A stretch of 64,000 bases of DNA from the human T2T-CHM13v2.0 reference genome, Homo sapiens (GCF_009914755.1 NC_060928.1), one strand, 5' to 3'; positions 29,410 to 45,971 are shown, counted from the stretch's first letter. The notes: generated by a model from the sequence alone, not told the origin. Made by a program: numbers and translations.

Positions 29410-29595
29410 TGCAGCCAATCTAATTAATTTTTCATTTGGTTCTCATGTATTGGACACCAATCAATTTGGGATTATGTTTACAGAGTTATAAAAGGAGAGG
29501 AGATCGGTCCCTCAATTTGTTGTCTAGCTGTCCAAATTAGTCAGTTAAATGATCCTGGGGGACATTATAAACTGTATGAATAGTTTCTTGTAAGT
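29410..29595 (+). promoter_or_regulatory. Candidate Pol II core promoter and first exon (CCAAT x3, TATAAAAGG, Inr, GTAAGT donor)
   Basis: Motifs are in canonical order in non-repeat DNA; no expression evidence. Confidence 0.3.
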
Positions 29596-30431
29596 ACCTT
29601 TTCTTTTAATTACAGACCAAGTCATTAACACTTCCTGCAGATCTCGACTCTGATAGAAGGGAAAAGTTTTAAAATCAAACGATGGGGTTTTAGTGTTTAA
29701 GGTATTTTTGTTTCATTTTCCCTGACATATTTTAGTTGAAATGTCTTTAGAGGAGGACAATTTTAGCATGTGAGGAGATTTGGAGTGCAGGAACTATCAC
29801 TCAATGAAGAGTTTTCTGTCAGATAAAAAGTGATATTAAGATTAATGACTTTATTCAATAAGAATTTGTTACTGGTAGGGATATACTGAATCACTGCAAA
29901 AAAAAATGAATTGTATGAAATAATGAGAACGAGCATTATATTTCATGGAAATAATCCCCACCCCAAAATGGTGTATTCTGGAATAGGAATGCTAAGGTGG
30001 AATAAAAATTAAATTATGTGTTGATAAAAGCTTTGTGGCACACCTGTGCAAAGTTTGAGGTACATCGATAAGCTCTGAAACCATTGTTTAAAAAAAATCA
30101 CTGCTCTAGCATTTGGCAGTTTAAGGCAATTGACAATACTTAGGAACTTTTGGAATCCTTCTTACATTCTATCTCTCTGTATATTCAAGTGATCGCCAAG
30201 TCCCTACAGGTTGTCTTCCAAATCTATTTGCACTGATTCTGCATCATTGCTCATCTGGCTGATTGCAATGTATTCTAACCATTTTAGCTTACTCCAGTCA
30301 GAACTATTTTAATACCTCCTGTCCTGTGTTGACACATCCTCTATACAACCATTAAGGTTACTTCCAAAAATAAAATCATACTCTACTCCTATAAACTCTT
30401 ATATTTTTATAACTCAAAAAATGTGGCTGTT

Positions 30432-30732
30432 GGCCGGGCGCTGTGGCTCATGCCTGTAATCCCAGCGCTTTGGGAGGCTCAGGCGGGCGGATCACGAGGT
30501 CACGAGATCAAGACCATCCCGGCTAACACGGTGAAACCCCGTCTCTACTAAAAATACAAAAAATTAGCCGGGCGTGGTGGTGGGCGCCTGTAGTCCCAGC
30601 TACTCAGGAGGCTGAGGCAGGAGAATGGCGTGAACCCAGGAGGCGGAGCTTGCAGTGAGCCGAGCCGAGATAGCGCCCCTGCACTCCAGCCTGGGCGACA
30701 GAGCGAGACTCCATCTCAAAAAAAAAAAAAAA
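30432..30732 (+). mobile_element. AluY
   Basis: CpG-rich with AluY diagnostics; imperfect TSD aaaaatgtggctgtt/aaaaaagtgactgtt. Confidence 0.95.
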
Positions 30733-32299
30733 GTGACTGTTTCTGTGAAAGTCTTTGAAAACTTCATTCCTTTCTACTCAAGAAATTAGAAAATATCATA
30801 TAAATAGTCACTTCACACCATAAGCTGACAGTGAATATCTGTAACTATTCAGACTCCTTCTGAAGTCCCTGACCCCATTCTCAGTGTTTGGCTTATAAGA
30901 CCCTCATAGATTTTAGTGCAACACCTCATTAGACTACTGTGTGCCAGAAATATTTGGTACAAAGAAATAGATGCTAGAGGAGAGAAATGGTGAAATGAGA
31001 ATCCAAAAATATATAAGTATGTTTTGTGCAGCACCTCAGGCTTTTGTAAAACCCAGAAGCCACTAAGAAGAAGCCCTAGCCCTTTATGTGATATAAGACA
31101 AATTTTAGTAACTTCATAAGTGACAATTTTATTTAAAACTCAGTCAATGCATAGTTTTACAAGAGACAAGAACCTTCTCCATTTTTTAACAAGAACTTTT
31201 TTAAATGTAAGCATTCTTGGAAAAGGAAATGAACTGTCTCGTACTACAAAACCAGGTAGATTCACTGCAGAAAAACATAACTTCTAAGTTTCCTTTACAA
31301 TATTCTGGAATTTCAGCTCATTTTGGAGAAGATTAGTTGGGGCAGGATACTCTTTATCTCTAAGCACACAATGACCTGAAATTCATGATTCCCTTAGGAG
31401 GCAGTTTGAAAACTAGATAAGCGTTGAATCCTTTCAGAGCCTCATGAGAATTCCTATTATTTTATTCTCACTGGGATTTTATGGTTTAATTAGTACTCCG
31501 TTAAAAGTCAAGTGAAAGAATTTGGTTTTCATTTCTTATTCTAAAATTCTTTAACTGAATGTTTCCTAACTTCTGTGAGATGGTTGTTTTTATTTGACTA
31601 AAAAGTTTATTCCAGTTTTAAGTTTGTCAAAGACTAAGACAATTAAAGAGATTTCTGTATTAAACTAGGCTTACTAAGGTATCATGTATATATAACAAAG
31701 TTCACCTTCTTCAATTACAAAGTTCAATGAGTTTAGACAAATATATACTGTCTCATAACTACCATCGCAGATAAGATATCATAGCTCACTGCAGCCTGGA
31801 ACATCTGGGCTCAAGGGATCCTCCTGCCTCAGCCTCCCAAGTAGGAGGGACTAAGATGCATGCCACTGTGTCCGGAATTGGTGGGTTCTTGGTCTCACTG
31901 ACTTCAAGAATGAAGCCGCAGACCCTCGGGGTGAGTGTTACAGTTCTTAAAGGCAGCATGTCCGGAGTTTGTTCCTTCTGATGTTCAGATGTGTTCAGAG
32001 TTTCTTCCTTCTGGTGGGGTTCATGGTCTCGCTGGCTCAGGAGTGAAGCTGCGGACCTTTGAGGTGAGTGTTACAGCTCTTAAGGCAGCACGTCTGGAGT
32101 TGTTCGTTCCTCCTGGTGGGTTCATGGTCTCGCTGGCTTCAGGAGTGAAGCTGCAGACCTTCGTGGTGAGTGTTACAGCTCATAAAGGCAGTGGGGACCC
32201 AAACAGTGAGCAGCAGCAGGATTTACTGCAAGGAGCGAAAGAACAAAACTTCCACAGTGTGGAACGGGACCCCAGTGGGTTGCCACTGCTGGCTCTGGC

Positions 32300-32400
32300 A
32301 GCCTGCTTTTATTCTCTTATCTGGCCCCACCCACATCCTGCTGATTGGTCCACTTTAGAGAGAGCCCAGTGGTCTGTTTTGACAGGGTGCTGATTGGTGC
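32300..32400 (-). promoter_or_regulatory. ERV9 LTR core promoter (CCAAT, GATA, AATAAA-type TATA)
   Basis: Minus-strand AGATAA (32317-32322) and AATAAA (32308-32313) downstream of CCAAT boxes; known ERV9 layout. Confidence 0.7.
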
Positions 32401-32469
32401 ATTTGCAATCCCTGAGCTAGACACAAAGGTTCTCCACATCCCCACTAGATTAGCTAGATACAGAGTGTG

Positions 32470-32980
32470 ACACAAAGGTTCTCCAAGTCCCCACCAGAGT
32501 ACCTAGATACAGAGTGTCGATTGGTGCATTCACAAACCCTGAGCTAGACACAGGGTGCTGATTGGTGTGTTTACAAACCTTGAGCTAGATACAAAGTGCC
32601 AATTGGTGTATTTACAATCCCTGAGCTAGACATAAAGGTTCTCTGAGGCCCCACCAGAGTAGCTAGATACAGAGTGTCGATTGGTGCATTCACAAACCCT
32701 GAGCTAGACACAGGGTGCTGATTGGTGTGTTTACAAACCTTGAGCTAGATACAAAGTGCCAATTGGTGTATTTACAATCCCTGAGCTAGACATAAAGGTT
32801 CTCTGAGGCCCCACCAGAGTAGCTAGATACAGAGTGTCGATTGGTGCATTCACAAACCCTGAGCTAGACACAGGGTGCTGATTGGTGTGTTTACAAACCT
32901 TGAGCTAGATACAGAGTGCCGATTGGTGTATTTACAATCCCTTAGCTAGACATAAAGGTTCTCCATGTCCCCACCAGACT
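32470..32980. repeat. LTR12 U3 enhancer tandem array with 160-bp higher-order period
   Basis: 32541-32700 is identical to 32701-32860; partial copies on both sides. Confidence 0.95.
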
Positions 32981-35585
32981 CAGGAGCCCAGCTGGCTCCA
33001 CCCAGTGGATCCCGCACTGGGGCGCAGGTGGAACTGCGTGCCAGTCCCGTGCCCTGTGCCCGCACTCCTCAGCCCTTGGGTGGTCAATGGGACTGGGCGC
33101 TGTACAGCAGGGGGTGGTGCTGGTCGGGGAGGCTCGGGCCCCACAGGAGCCGACGGAGAGGGGGTGCACAGGCATGGCGGGCTGCAGGTCCCGAGCCCTG
33201 TCCCGCAGGGAGGCAGCTAAGGCCCGGTGAGAAATTGAGCACAGTGTCGGTGGACCGGCACTGCTGGGGGACCCAGTACACCCTCTGCAGCCACTGGCCC
33301 GGGTGCTAAGCCCCTCATTGCCTGGGCCAGCAGGGCCGGCCGGCTGCTCCGCGTGTGGGGCCTGCCAAGCCTACACCCACCCGGAACTCCAGTTGGCCTG
33401 CAAGCGCCTCACACAGCCATGGTTCCCGCTCGCGCCTCTCCCTCCACACCTCCCCGCAAGCTAAGGGAGCCGGCTCCAGCCTTGGCCAGCCCAGAAAGGG
33501 GCTCCCACAGTGCAGCGGCAGGCTGAAGGGCTTCTCAAGTGCCGCCAAAGTGGGAGCCCAGGCAGAGGAGGTGCTGAGAGCAAGCCAGGGCTGTGAGGAC
33601 TGCCAGCACGCTGTCACCTCTCCACCACTGCACCTTGCTAATTTTTTTTTTTTTTTTTTTTTTTTTTTGTCTAAACAAATCTTGCTTTGTTGCCCAGGCT
33701 GGTCTCAAACTCCCAGCTTCAAGTGGTCCTCCACCTCAGTCTCCCAAACTACTGGGATTACAGGCCTGTGCCACCATACCTGGCCAAGATATAGATCATT
33801 TTAATCACCCTAGAAAACTCCTCATTATGCTTTGCAATTAATCTTCTCCCTCTATCCCCAGCCTCTGGCAATCTTGAACTGATTTTTGTCCCCTTTTTTT
33901 ACTTTTGCCTTTTTTAGAATATCCTATAATTGAAAACATACTATATGTTACTTTTTGTGTCTAATTTATTTAATTTTTGCATTAATGATTTTGAGATTCA
34001 TGCATGTCACTGCATTTCTCAGTACTTTTTAACTCTTTTTGAGAAGTACTCATTGTATGGGTATACCACAATCGAGTTACTTAGCAGATGATGGATATTT
34101 GAGTTGTTTTCAAGGCTAAACCATTTGCCAAAGCAACCATGTCATTTTGTATCCCCGTCACAATCCTGTTTCAGAATTTCAGAATCAGAATTATTGAGGT
34201 AAATATTATGAATCAGCATTTAAAAACAAAAACCAGAATGGAGTTCAAGATCGCTGAATAGAAACAGCTCTGGTCTGCAGCTCCCTGTGAGATCCACACA
34301 GAAGGAGGGTGATTTCTGCATTTCCAACTGAGGTACTCAGTTCATCTCACTGGGACTGGTTGGACACTGGGTGCGGCCCACAGAGGGCAAGCCGAAGCAG
34401 GGTGGGATGTCGCCTCACTGGGAAAGCACAAGGGGTCAAGGAATTCTCTCTCCTACCCAAGGGAAGCCATGAGGGACTGTGCCTAAGAAACAGTGCACTT
34501 TGGCCCAGATACTGTGCTTTTTCCACAGTCTTTGCAACCTACAGACCAGGAGATTCCCTCCGGTGCCTACACCAACAGGGCCCTGAGTTTCAAGCACAAA
34601 ACTGGGCAGCTGTTTGGGCAGACACTGAGCTAGCTGCAGGATTTTTTTTTTCCCATGCCCCATTAGTACCTGGAATGCCAGTGAGACAGAACCTTTCACT
34701 CCCCTGGAAAGCAGGTTGAAGCCAGGTTGCCAAGTGGTCTGGCTCTGTGGGTCCCACCCCCAGGGAGCCCAGCAAGCTGAGATCCATTGACTTGAAATTT
34801 TCACTGCCAGCACAGCAGTCTGAGGTTGACCTGGGATGCTCAAGCTTGCTGAGGGGAGGGGTGTCCACCATTGCTGAGGCTTGAGTAGGAAGTTTTACCC
34901 TCACAGTGTAAACAAAGCCCCCAGTAAGGTTGAACTGGGCAGAGCCTGCCACAGCACAGCAAGGCCCCTGTGGCCAGAATGCTTCTCTAGATTCCTCCTC
35001 TCTTGGCAGGGCATCTCTGAAAAAAAAAGGCAGCAGCCCCAGTCAGGTGCTTATAGATAAAACCTCCATCTCCCTGGGACAGAGCACCTAGGGGAAGGGG
35101 CGACTGTGGGCGCAGCTTCAGCTGACTTAAATGTCCCTGCCTGACAGTTCTGAAAAGAGCAGCGGTTCTCCCAGCACAGCATTTAAGCTCTGCTAAGGGT
35201 CAGAATGCCTCAAGTGGGTCCTGGAACCCCATGTATCCTGACTGGGAATCACCTCCCAGTAGGAGCCCACAGGAGAGAGGGGGTCCACATATAGGAGAGC
35301 TCTGTCTGGCGTCTGGCAGGTGCCCCTCTGGGACGAAGCTTCCAGAGGAAGGAACAGGAAGCAATCTTTGTTGTTCTGCAGCCTCTGCTAGTGATGCCCA
35401 GGCAAAGAGGATCTGGAGTGGAGCTCTAGCAAACTCTAGCAGACCTGCAACAGAGGGGCCTGACTGTTAGAAGGAAAACTAACAAACAGAAAGGAAAGGA
35501 ATCAATATCAAAAAAAGGATGTCCACTCAGAGACCCCATCCAAAGGTCACCACGTCAAAGAACAAAGGTAGATAAATCCACAAAG

Positions 35586-36611
35586 ATGGGGAGAAACCAG
35601 CACAAAAAGGCTGAGAATTCCAAAAAACAGAATACCTCTTCTCCTGCAAAGGATCACAACTCCTCACCAGCAAAGGAGAAAAACTAGATGGAGAATGAGT
35701 TTGACAAATTGACAGAAGTAGGCTTCAGAAGGTGGGTAATAACAAACTCCTCTGAGCTAAAGGAGCATGTTCTAACCCAATGCAAGGAAGCTAAAAACCT
35801 TGAAAAAAGGTTAGATAAATTGCTAACTAGAATAACCAGTTTAGAGAAGAACTTAAATGACCTGATGGAGCTGAAAAACACAGCACAAGAACTTTGTGAA
35901 GCATACACAAGTATCAATAGCCAAATCTATCAAGCAGAAGAAAGGATAGCAGAGATTGAAGATCAGCTTAATGAAATAAAATGAGAAGAAAAGATTAGAC
36001 AAAAAAGAATAAAAGGGAAGGAACAAAGCCTCCAAGGAATATGAGACTATGTGAAAAGACCAAATCTAAGTTTGATTGATGAACTTGAAAGTGATGGGGA
36101 GAATGGAACCAAGATGGAAAACACTCTTCAGGATATTATCCAGGAGAACTTCCCCAACCTAGCAAGACAGGCAAACATTCAAATTCAGGAAATATGGAGA
36201 ACACCACAAAGATACTCCTCGAGAAGAGCAACCCCAAGACACATAATCATCAGATTGACCAAGGTTGAAATGAAGGAAAAAATGTTAAAAGCAACCAGAG
36301 GGAAAGGTCGGGTTACCCACAATGGGAAGCCCATCAGACTAACAGTGGATCTCTCTGCAGAAACCCTACAAGCCATAAGAGAGTTAGGGCCAATATTCAG
36401 CATTCTTAAAGAAAAGAATTTTCAACCCAGAATTTCATATGCAGCCAAACTAAGTTTCATAAGCGAAGGAGAAATAAAATCCTTTACAGACAAGCAAATG
36501 CTGAGAGATTTTTGTCACTGCCAGGCCTGCCTTGCAAGAGCTCCTGAAGGGAGCACTAAACATGGAAAGGAACAACTGGTACCAGACACTGCAAAAAATA
36601 CCATATTGTAA
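35586..36611 (+). pseudogene. L1 ORF1p, disrupted
   Basis: Fragments 35688-35984 and 36051-36611 (KRPNL…ENFPNLARQ…YSSRRATPRHII) with internal stops and a frameshift. Confidence 0.95.
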
Positions 36612-36674
36612 AGGCCATCAACACTATGAAGAAACTGCATCAACTAACAGGCAAAATAACAAGCTAGCATCATA

Positions 36675-40480
<3,806 letters not shown>

Positions 40481-40814
40481 GTGGGAGTTGAACAATGGGA
40501 AAACATGGACACAGGGAGGGGAACATTACACACTGGGGCCTGTCAGGGGGTGTGGGGGCTAGGAGAGGGATAGTATTAGGAGAAATACCTAATGTAGATG
40601 ACGGGTTGATGGGTGCAGCAAACCACCATGGCACATGTATATCTATGTAACAAAACTGCACCTTCTGCACATGTACCCCAGAACTTAAAGTATGAAAAAA
40701 AAGAAAGAAAAAAGAAAAAAAAATAAGTTGACTTTTGTGCACATATAAGTGTCAGATGCCAGGTCTCCTAACCCCAAATCTGATATTGTTTGTCTCAACT
40801 ATAACTATCATAAT

Positions 40815-41308
40815 AATTAATATGCACTGTAACAAATTATCACCAACTTGTTGGCTTAAAACATAAAATTGTATTTAGGAATTTTGCAGCTTAGAAGCCC
40901 AACACAGGTTTCCCTAGGCTAAAATTAAGGTGTTGACAGGTTTATCATCCTTCCTGGATGCTTTAAGAGTCTGTTTCTGTACCTTTTCCAGCTTCTAGAT
41001 GCTGCCTACATTTCTTGGATCATAACTCTCTTCCCCAACTTTAACCCAGAAATCTTGCCTCTCTCTGACTACTCCTTCATATTCATAGTTCCTTCTGACC
41101 ACAGCTTGCAAAAGTTCTCTTCTTTTAAGAACTCATGTGATTAGATGTGGCCCACTTATATAATCCAAACTACTCTCCCTACTCTCCAGGTCTTTAACTT
41201 ATTTCCATCCGCAAAATCCTTTTTGCCATACAAAGTATAAATAACATATTCACAGATTTCAGAGATTAGGATGTGGACATTTGGGGGGCCATTTTTCTAC
41301 CTACTATA
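40815..41308 (-). mobile_element. MLT1D-like MaLR solo LTR
   Basis: ctgtaacaaattatcac…ggcttaaaaca…gattaggatgtggacatttggggggcc. Confidence 0.85.
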
Positions 41309-41440
41309 GACCACAAGCTTCTGATATATTAGAAATCATTGACAGTTTTGCTTTCTTACTGAAAGTATAGATTTTGTTTCCATTTCATTTATTTAATAAA
41401 ATTGGGAGTAAATTACCTAACCTCTTTGAATTTCTATTTT

Positions 41441-41743
41441 GGCCAGGCACAGTTGCTCATGCCTGTAATCCCAGCACTTTGGGAGGCAGAGGTGGGCAGA
41501 TCACTTGAGGTCAGGGGTTTAAGACCACCCTGGCCAACATGGCGAAGGCTCTTCTCTACTAAAAATACAAAAATGATCCGGGTGTGGTGGCGTGTGCCTG
41601 TAATCCCAGCTACTTGGGAGGCTGAGGCAGGATAACTGCTTGAACCTGGAGGCAGAGGTTGCAGTGAGCCGAGATCATCCCACGGCACTCCAGCCTGGGT
41701 GACAGAGTGAGACTCCATCTCAAGGAAAAAAAAAAAAAAAAAA
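41441..41743 (+). mobile_element. AluS (Sx/Sz-like)
   Basis: Full dimer; TSD gaatttctatt. Confidence 0.95.
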
Positions 41744-42239
41744 GAATTTCTATTATATCTACAATGAATACATAACAAAAGATGTTTTTAATCTCAAAAC
41801 GTTGATGTCCATAAATATGAAACAATCTCAGAAACTTTGTATTTGCAAATATTAGGAATAAAAATGTTTGCATTATTGCTTACTCTTTATTTGTGGACTG
41901 GTGTCAGTAAAGAGGAAACACAGTCAATCAACTGATCAGGCTTGGAGTCATGCAGTGAGGAGATAGCATATCTGCATCTGGTCCCATTACCTAAATGCAA
42001 ATTGTCACTTATTTTAAGATATAGTATATTCCTAGTTAAGAAACACAGTATACATTTTACCCCTTTTCTTGAAGTATTCAGAGTGTTCATACATGTTTCC
42101 TAAACAATTTGCTGAACATGAGAAAATCTTTTTGTTAAGAAGATGATTTAGAACATGCAATACCAAAATTGCTTAAATTAATTCCTCTTAATTTAAAAGA
42201 TCTTGCCTTTATATTAATTTAGGAGTTTAATAAAAGCAA

Positions 42240-42460
42240 AAAATCTGGGGTTTGAATTTTAAAAATTCAGGTTTTAATCCTGGATCTATCATGTACTGAG
42301 AGACTTGAAATAAGCATATAATCTCTTTAAACCTAGGTTTCCTCATCTGAAAAATGTAAATAATGATATCTCCTCCAAAGGATGTAATATGGGTCAAATG
42401 AGAACATGAGTAAAAGAACATTGCTTGTCAAAACTAGAATCATCATCAGTATTATCATTA
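42240..42460 (+). mobile_element. MIR SINE
   Basis: ctctttaaacctaggtttcctcatctgaaaaatg core. Confidence 0.75.
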
Positions 42461-42639
42461 TTTGTATAGTACCTACCTAATAATATTTTGGGATCAGAAA
42501 ATGAAATATTATATATAAATCATTCAAGACTACAACCTGAAAATGTAAAACTGTCAATAAATGTCATCATCATTATCATTGCCAACATAGCTAAAAGGCT
42601 TAAGTTCCCACTTCCACTCCAAATATTATCCAACAAATA

Positions 42640-42942
42640 AATAACAGACAATGTATATACAACCCACAATATAGAAATTTCACTGCTAGATATGAATCCT
42701 AGAGAAACTGCTGAATATCCACATAAGGAAACAAGAAAGTTCATAGCAGCATTGTTTATAATTGTAAAAAGTTAAACATGGCATTTAAGGCCACCAGAAA
42801 AATGTGTAATTAATTTTTGGAGTAGTCATCCAATGGACTATTGTATGGGATTGAAAATAAATTAATTAGAACTCCATGAACAAACATGAATAACTTAAAA
42901 GCATGCTATTGGGTAAAAACCAGTTGCAAAGATAGGTAGGTA
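42640..42942 (+). mobile_element. Old L1M (L1ME-like) ORF2 end/3'UTR fragment
   Basis: gttcatagcagcattgtttataat…tagtcatccaatggacta…. Confidence 0.65.
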
Positions 42943-43282
<340 letters not shown>

Positions 43283-43624
43283 TCAGTATCTGTGATTGTA
43301 TTGTACTTGATTTTGTTATTATTAATACCTTTTATTTATATGGCATTTACTTATTTGCAAATCACTAACCTGAGATGAGACTCTTAATTACAGAATTCAA
43401 TCTAGAATTAAAAATGTAGATTTTATGTTTTCTAAGACTGCAATATCAGGTATATGGCAATCAATAAAATTGTATTTGGCCACAGGTAAGAATAATAATA
43501 AATAAAATGTTTAAATCTATAAGACAAATTGCAAAAAGTTGGCCATTGATTATTTTAAGGCTTGATGAAAAAAATAGATAAAAGACAATAATGAGATCCA
43601 CCTACACTTCTCCAGTCAAAATTA

Positions 43625-43800
43625 TTTTGCCCAATCATGGATGCACATAAAAATCACACAGAGAGTTTTAAAAATACATATGCTTGGCACTCACCACACG
43701 CAAATTTAATTTAACCAGTCTGCAGTAGGAACCAGTCATTGGTCATTGTTAAAACTTCCCAGGTGATTCTAATATATGGTCAAGGTTGAGGCCCATAGCC
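43625..43800. mobile_element. MER5-type hAT-Charlie non-autonomous element
   Basis: tgcacataaaaatcac…cccaggtgattctaat…aggttgag. Confidence 0.65.
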
Positions 43801-45871
43801 CTAAAACTTAGAAAGTCCACACTACATGGGTGATAGTGCAAAACCAAAATGCTTGCCCTATGAATATGACTTGGCTCCTTAGAGAACAGATTGAAAAATC
43901 ATCTGACTCCTCCATTGGCTTTATAGCAAGGGTTTGATATAAGTGCCAGAAAGAATTACAATACATTGCACATAGCGCTAAATAACAGATATTCACTGAA
44001 ATCACTGAAATATATAAATACCTTAAAAGGTAATGGCATTTGTAACTTACATAGTAACCCTTGAAAACTATCAGTGAAATAGTAAAACACTGAGAGAAAA
44101 GATCTAATTTCAAAATGTAGAGAATAAACATTTGCTTTTTAATCTTGGAATGAAAATACTCCAGTGTCTCCCAGCAACCCTCTGTCTTTACCACAATTAG
44201 ATGGATTTAAGTCAGTTTTTATTTCTACTTGAGTAACATGAAATTTGGTTTACAGCTCTTTTTTCAACCCCTACATTCATAATTAAATGACTAAATCCCA
44301 TCCACAGCATTACCCACAGAACAAGATTGGAGAAAGATTATCCATTAAAGAGAGAGGGCATTGCTATTATGGCTTTTGAAGACTATAGCCATGCACTCTC
44401 TTAGGAATCCTATTATGGCTGAGCATTTATGTTATTGGTATTGCAACTCAATTCACATATATCAAACTATAAACTCCATTTACAGTCAATCCATATTTCT
44501 AGGTTTTCTCTAATAACTTATTTATTTGTGTGTTTCACATTGGAAGAAGTTATGTGCTTCAGAATATCTTCTGTGCCAGTGACTGTGGAGATGGCTTTTG
44601 TAGCACAATAAGGCATCTTATTCCTATTAACTACAATCTAAACATTTGCTGTTTTACCTTTGATTTTAGTTAGAGCATCATAAAACCTTATCATGATGAT
44701 TCATGTGGTTTCAGATACTGTATCTATTTTTAGTTCAAATGAGCAATAATACTACAAGCAATTGTTTCCGCTGGTGAAAAAGCTGATCAGGATCAATCCC
44801 ATAAATCAGGATAAACAGACACAATGTACAAATAAGTTTCATACTTATTTCCCTTTATAATTAAAACAATTATATCAATAATGTGTATTGATGTCTTTAA
44901 ATTCAGCTCTTGAAAAAATAGGTCATTTTCAGCAGACAATCACACGTGTCAGCCAACGATAGAGCTCAACCATAAAATACATTTCTTTGACAGAATAGCT
45001 TGAAATGTTTCATGAGCCTTTTTTCCCTCTCCACCATGTTTTCCTAGTGCAAGATTTTTCCTTTTCGCATATTTAAATTCATTTCATTGACAACAGGCAT
45101 TGCAAACTCAATGATTTCTCTGTGCCAAATGAATGTCTGTCAAAAGGCTCAGGTGAAATCTGTCTACTCCTGGTTGACCAAATTGATCCAGCTGCAGTAA
45201 ATGATGAAACAGATCATTCATCTAAGGTTGGCCATGCCAAAAGGTTATTCCTTTCCACTTATCCACGGCTGCTAAAAAGTGGGCAACTGATTTTATCTTA
45301 CAACCAGAGCTTAGGGTAGTTGAGTGTTTTCAGTACCTGTGAACATCAATGGCTTTGGACATAATTAATCGTGCTGAAATCACTTCATTATTTTAATGAG
45401 CTTTTCTCTTTCCTCTAGCTATGATAATAAGTACATGGGAAAGAATTTTTTCTCATTATTTCTGAAACTAAAGGAGAGCAAAGGGAGCGAAATGGAAACA
45501 TGCAGAAAACCTGCAAAACGGAGACAGTTGTGCCTTCTGCTGCTGATTTCTCCACCTGCATCAACAAAGAAAAGTGTGATGAGAAGGAAGCTTTGTGGAT
45601 GCTCAGCTGCCAGGGTCTTGAACGTGAAGCAAAACAATTTCATCTCAACCTCTTCAGAAGTCTTGTTTACCCTGAATATTTGAAAGCGTATTTTTAAAAA
45701 GCTGGGAAAGAGAAAAGATACACGTACCTAAGTTAATAACTGGTAAAAATAAATGGACTTAGTGCTCTTCAAATCAACCTGCTTCACTGTTCTTCTCTCA
45801 TAAAGGTATAGAATAATTCCCATTTATAAAGTGGAAGAATACAGGACATTCTTTGAGCATGTGAGCATTTA

Positions 45872-45971
45872 TACTTTATATATATATATATATATATATG
45901 GGTAAACAGACACCATGTATAAACTATATATGTATATATATATGTGTATAACTATATATATATATCTATAT

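Larger units (their letters stand above)
31867..33624 (-). mobile_element. ERV9 solo LTR (LTR12C-like)
   Basis: Ends tgtgtccggaattggtgggttc and gccagcacgctgtcacctctc; U3 CCAAT repeats, U5 repeats, 4-bp TSD CCAC. Confidence 0.97.
31780..33785 (-). mobile_element. AluJ, 3'-truncated, split by LTR12 (pieces 31780-31866 and 33629-33785)
   Basis: catagctcactgcagcc…gggctcaagggatcctcc; left arm lies after the LTR; flanked by AAGATAT direct repeats. Confidence 0.85.
31665..34160 (-). mobile_element. Old L1M 3'UTR fragment (pieces 31665-31779 and 33786-34160) hosting an Alu and an LTR12
   Basis: gttcaatgagtttagacaaat…aagatat continues as agatcattttaatcaccctagaaa…ttttgagattcatgcatgt. Confidence 0.75.

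Noticed and set aside
30510-30670. AluYa5/Yb8 (currently active subfamily)
   Set aside because: It has cccggcta but retains aacacgg, and the gagcc duplication is not the Yb8 7-bp insertion; the TSDs have already diverged.
32380-32980. CRISPR-like repeat array
   Set aside because: No unique spacers; it is the ERV9 U3 tandem enhancer in a primate context.
31935-33841. Several 60-150-aa ORFs
   Set aside because: All lie in GC-rich LTR12/Alu sequence; typical spurious ORFs.
43808-44194. 128-aa minus-strand ORF
   Set aside because: AT-rich, non-ATG start, no recognisable domain or splice context.
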